This document shows, in pieces, positions 31,608 through 32,000 of a DNA stretch of 32,000 nucleotides. The notes under the pieces were generated by a model, which saw only the letters and a list, made by a program, of their open reading frames with translations, ran no database searches and was not told the DNA's origin. Both the position numbers and the translations under genes were made by a program. Where the stretch lies: contig CBDCZP010000005.1 in assembly GCA_965224605.1 (NCBI GenBank), positions 301,434-333,433 on the forward strand, given 5' to 3'. The stretch comes from Thiotrichaceae bacterium (GTDB taxonomy: Bacteria > Pseudomonadota > Gammaproteobacteria > Thiotrichales > Thiotrichaceae). Position 1 is the stretch's first letter. The number at the start of each line of letters is the position of its first letter.

Positions 31608-32000
31608 TAGCGATCAACCTCCCCAAATACAATATCTTGAGTACCGATAATCGTAACCACATCTGACAACATATGCCCTCTTACCATTTCATCCATTGCA
31701 GAAAGATGTACAAAGCCAGGCGCTCTTATCTTTAAACGATAAGGCTTGTTTGAACCATCCGACACCAGATAACAACCAAACTCACCTTTCGGATGCTCCA
31801 CAGCTGAATACACTTCTCCGGCTGGCAAGGTGTAGCCTTCTGTTACTACTTTGAAGTGCTTAATCAAAGCCTCCATGTCTGACTTCATATCCGCTCGATT
31901 GGGGGGAGCAACCGGACTATCATCCAGCATCACAGGGCCTGAGTTATTGCGCAGCCATTCAATACACTGAATAATGATGCTATTGGATTGACGCATTTCT
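31607..32000 (-). CDS. nuoD: NADH:quinone oxidoreductase subunit D, 5'-truncated by the window edge (C-terminal about 130 codons)
   Basis: The C-terminal sequence is ...[39 protein letters not shown]...[14 protein letters not shown], the classic NuoD/49-kDa ending. The reading frame stays open to the window edge, so the Met at 31996 is internal. Confidence 0.93.
   Translation of the reverse strand, partial: EMRQSNSIIIQCIEWLRNNSGPVMLDDSPVAPPNRADMKSDMEALIKHFKVVTEGYTLPAGEVYSAVEHPKGEFGCYLVSDGSNKPYRLKIRAPGFVHLSAMDEMVRGHMLSDVVTIIGTQDIVFGEVDR

Overview
This window is mostly core housekeeping DNA from a visibly AT-rich, gammaproteobacterium-like genome; the lineage is an inference from protein similarity and gene order. 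Two large bioenergetic operons lie on the minus strand. One is a complete F1Fo ATP synthase operon, atpIBEFHAGDC (7827-15178). The other is the distal part of the NADH:quinone oxidoreductase operon, nuoD (partial) then EFGHIJKLMN (19724-32000). Other core genes are aroC (partial; it runs off the window and is missing from the ORF track), pgpA, a VanZ-like membrane protein, uvrD, and a secreted four-module protein with a peptidoglycan-binding domain.

The only accessory-looking stretch is about 1510-7826. It holds five co-directional plus-strand genes bounded by long AT-rich non-coding DNA:
- an OmpR-family response regulator
- a hybrid histidine kinase with a membrane-only sensor
- arsR
- arsM
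- a stand-alone secreted SGNH-domain protein

I found no CRISPR array, tRNA or rRNA gene, transposase, integrase or recognisable defence gene. I cannot honestly claim a convincing new multi-gene system here.

The observations most worth a second look are:
1. A 186-nt structured insert between atpG and atpD whose long stem pairs well only on the transcribed strand (G:U asymmetry).
2. A perfect 12-bp stem in an unusually long atpI-atpB spacer.
3. A perfect 18-bp inverted repeat that puts the arsR start codon in its 6-nt centre, with a promoter geometry that predicts a leaderless mRNA.
4. An orphan arsR-arsM pair with an unusual Cys-Cys-X5-Cys ArsR site.
5. The strikingly regular Cys-to-Trp four-module architecture of the protein encoded downstream of nuoN.
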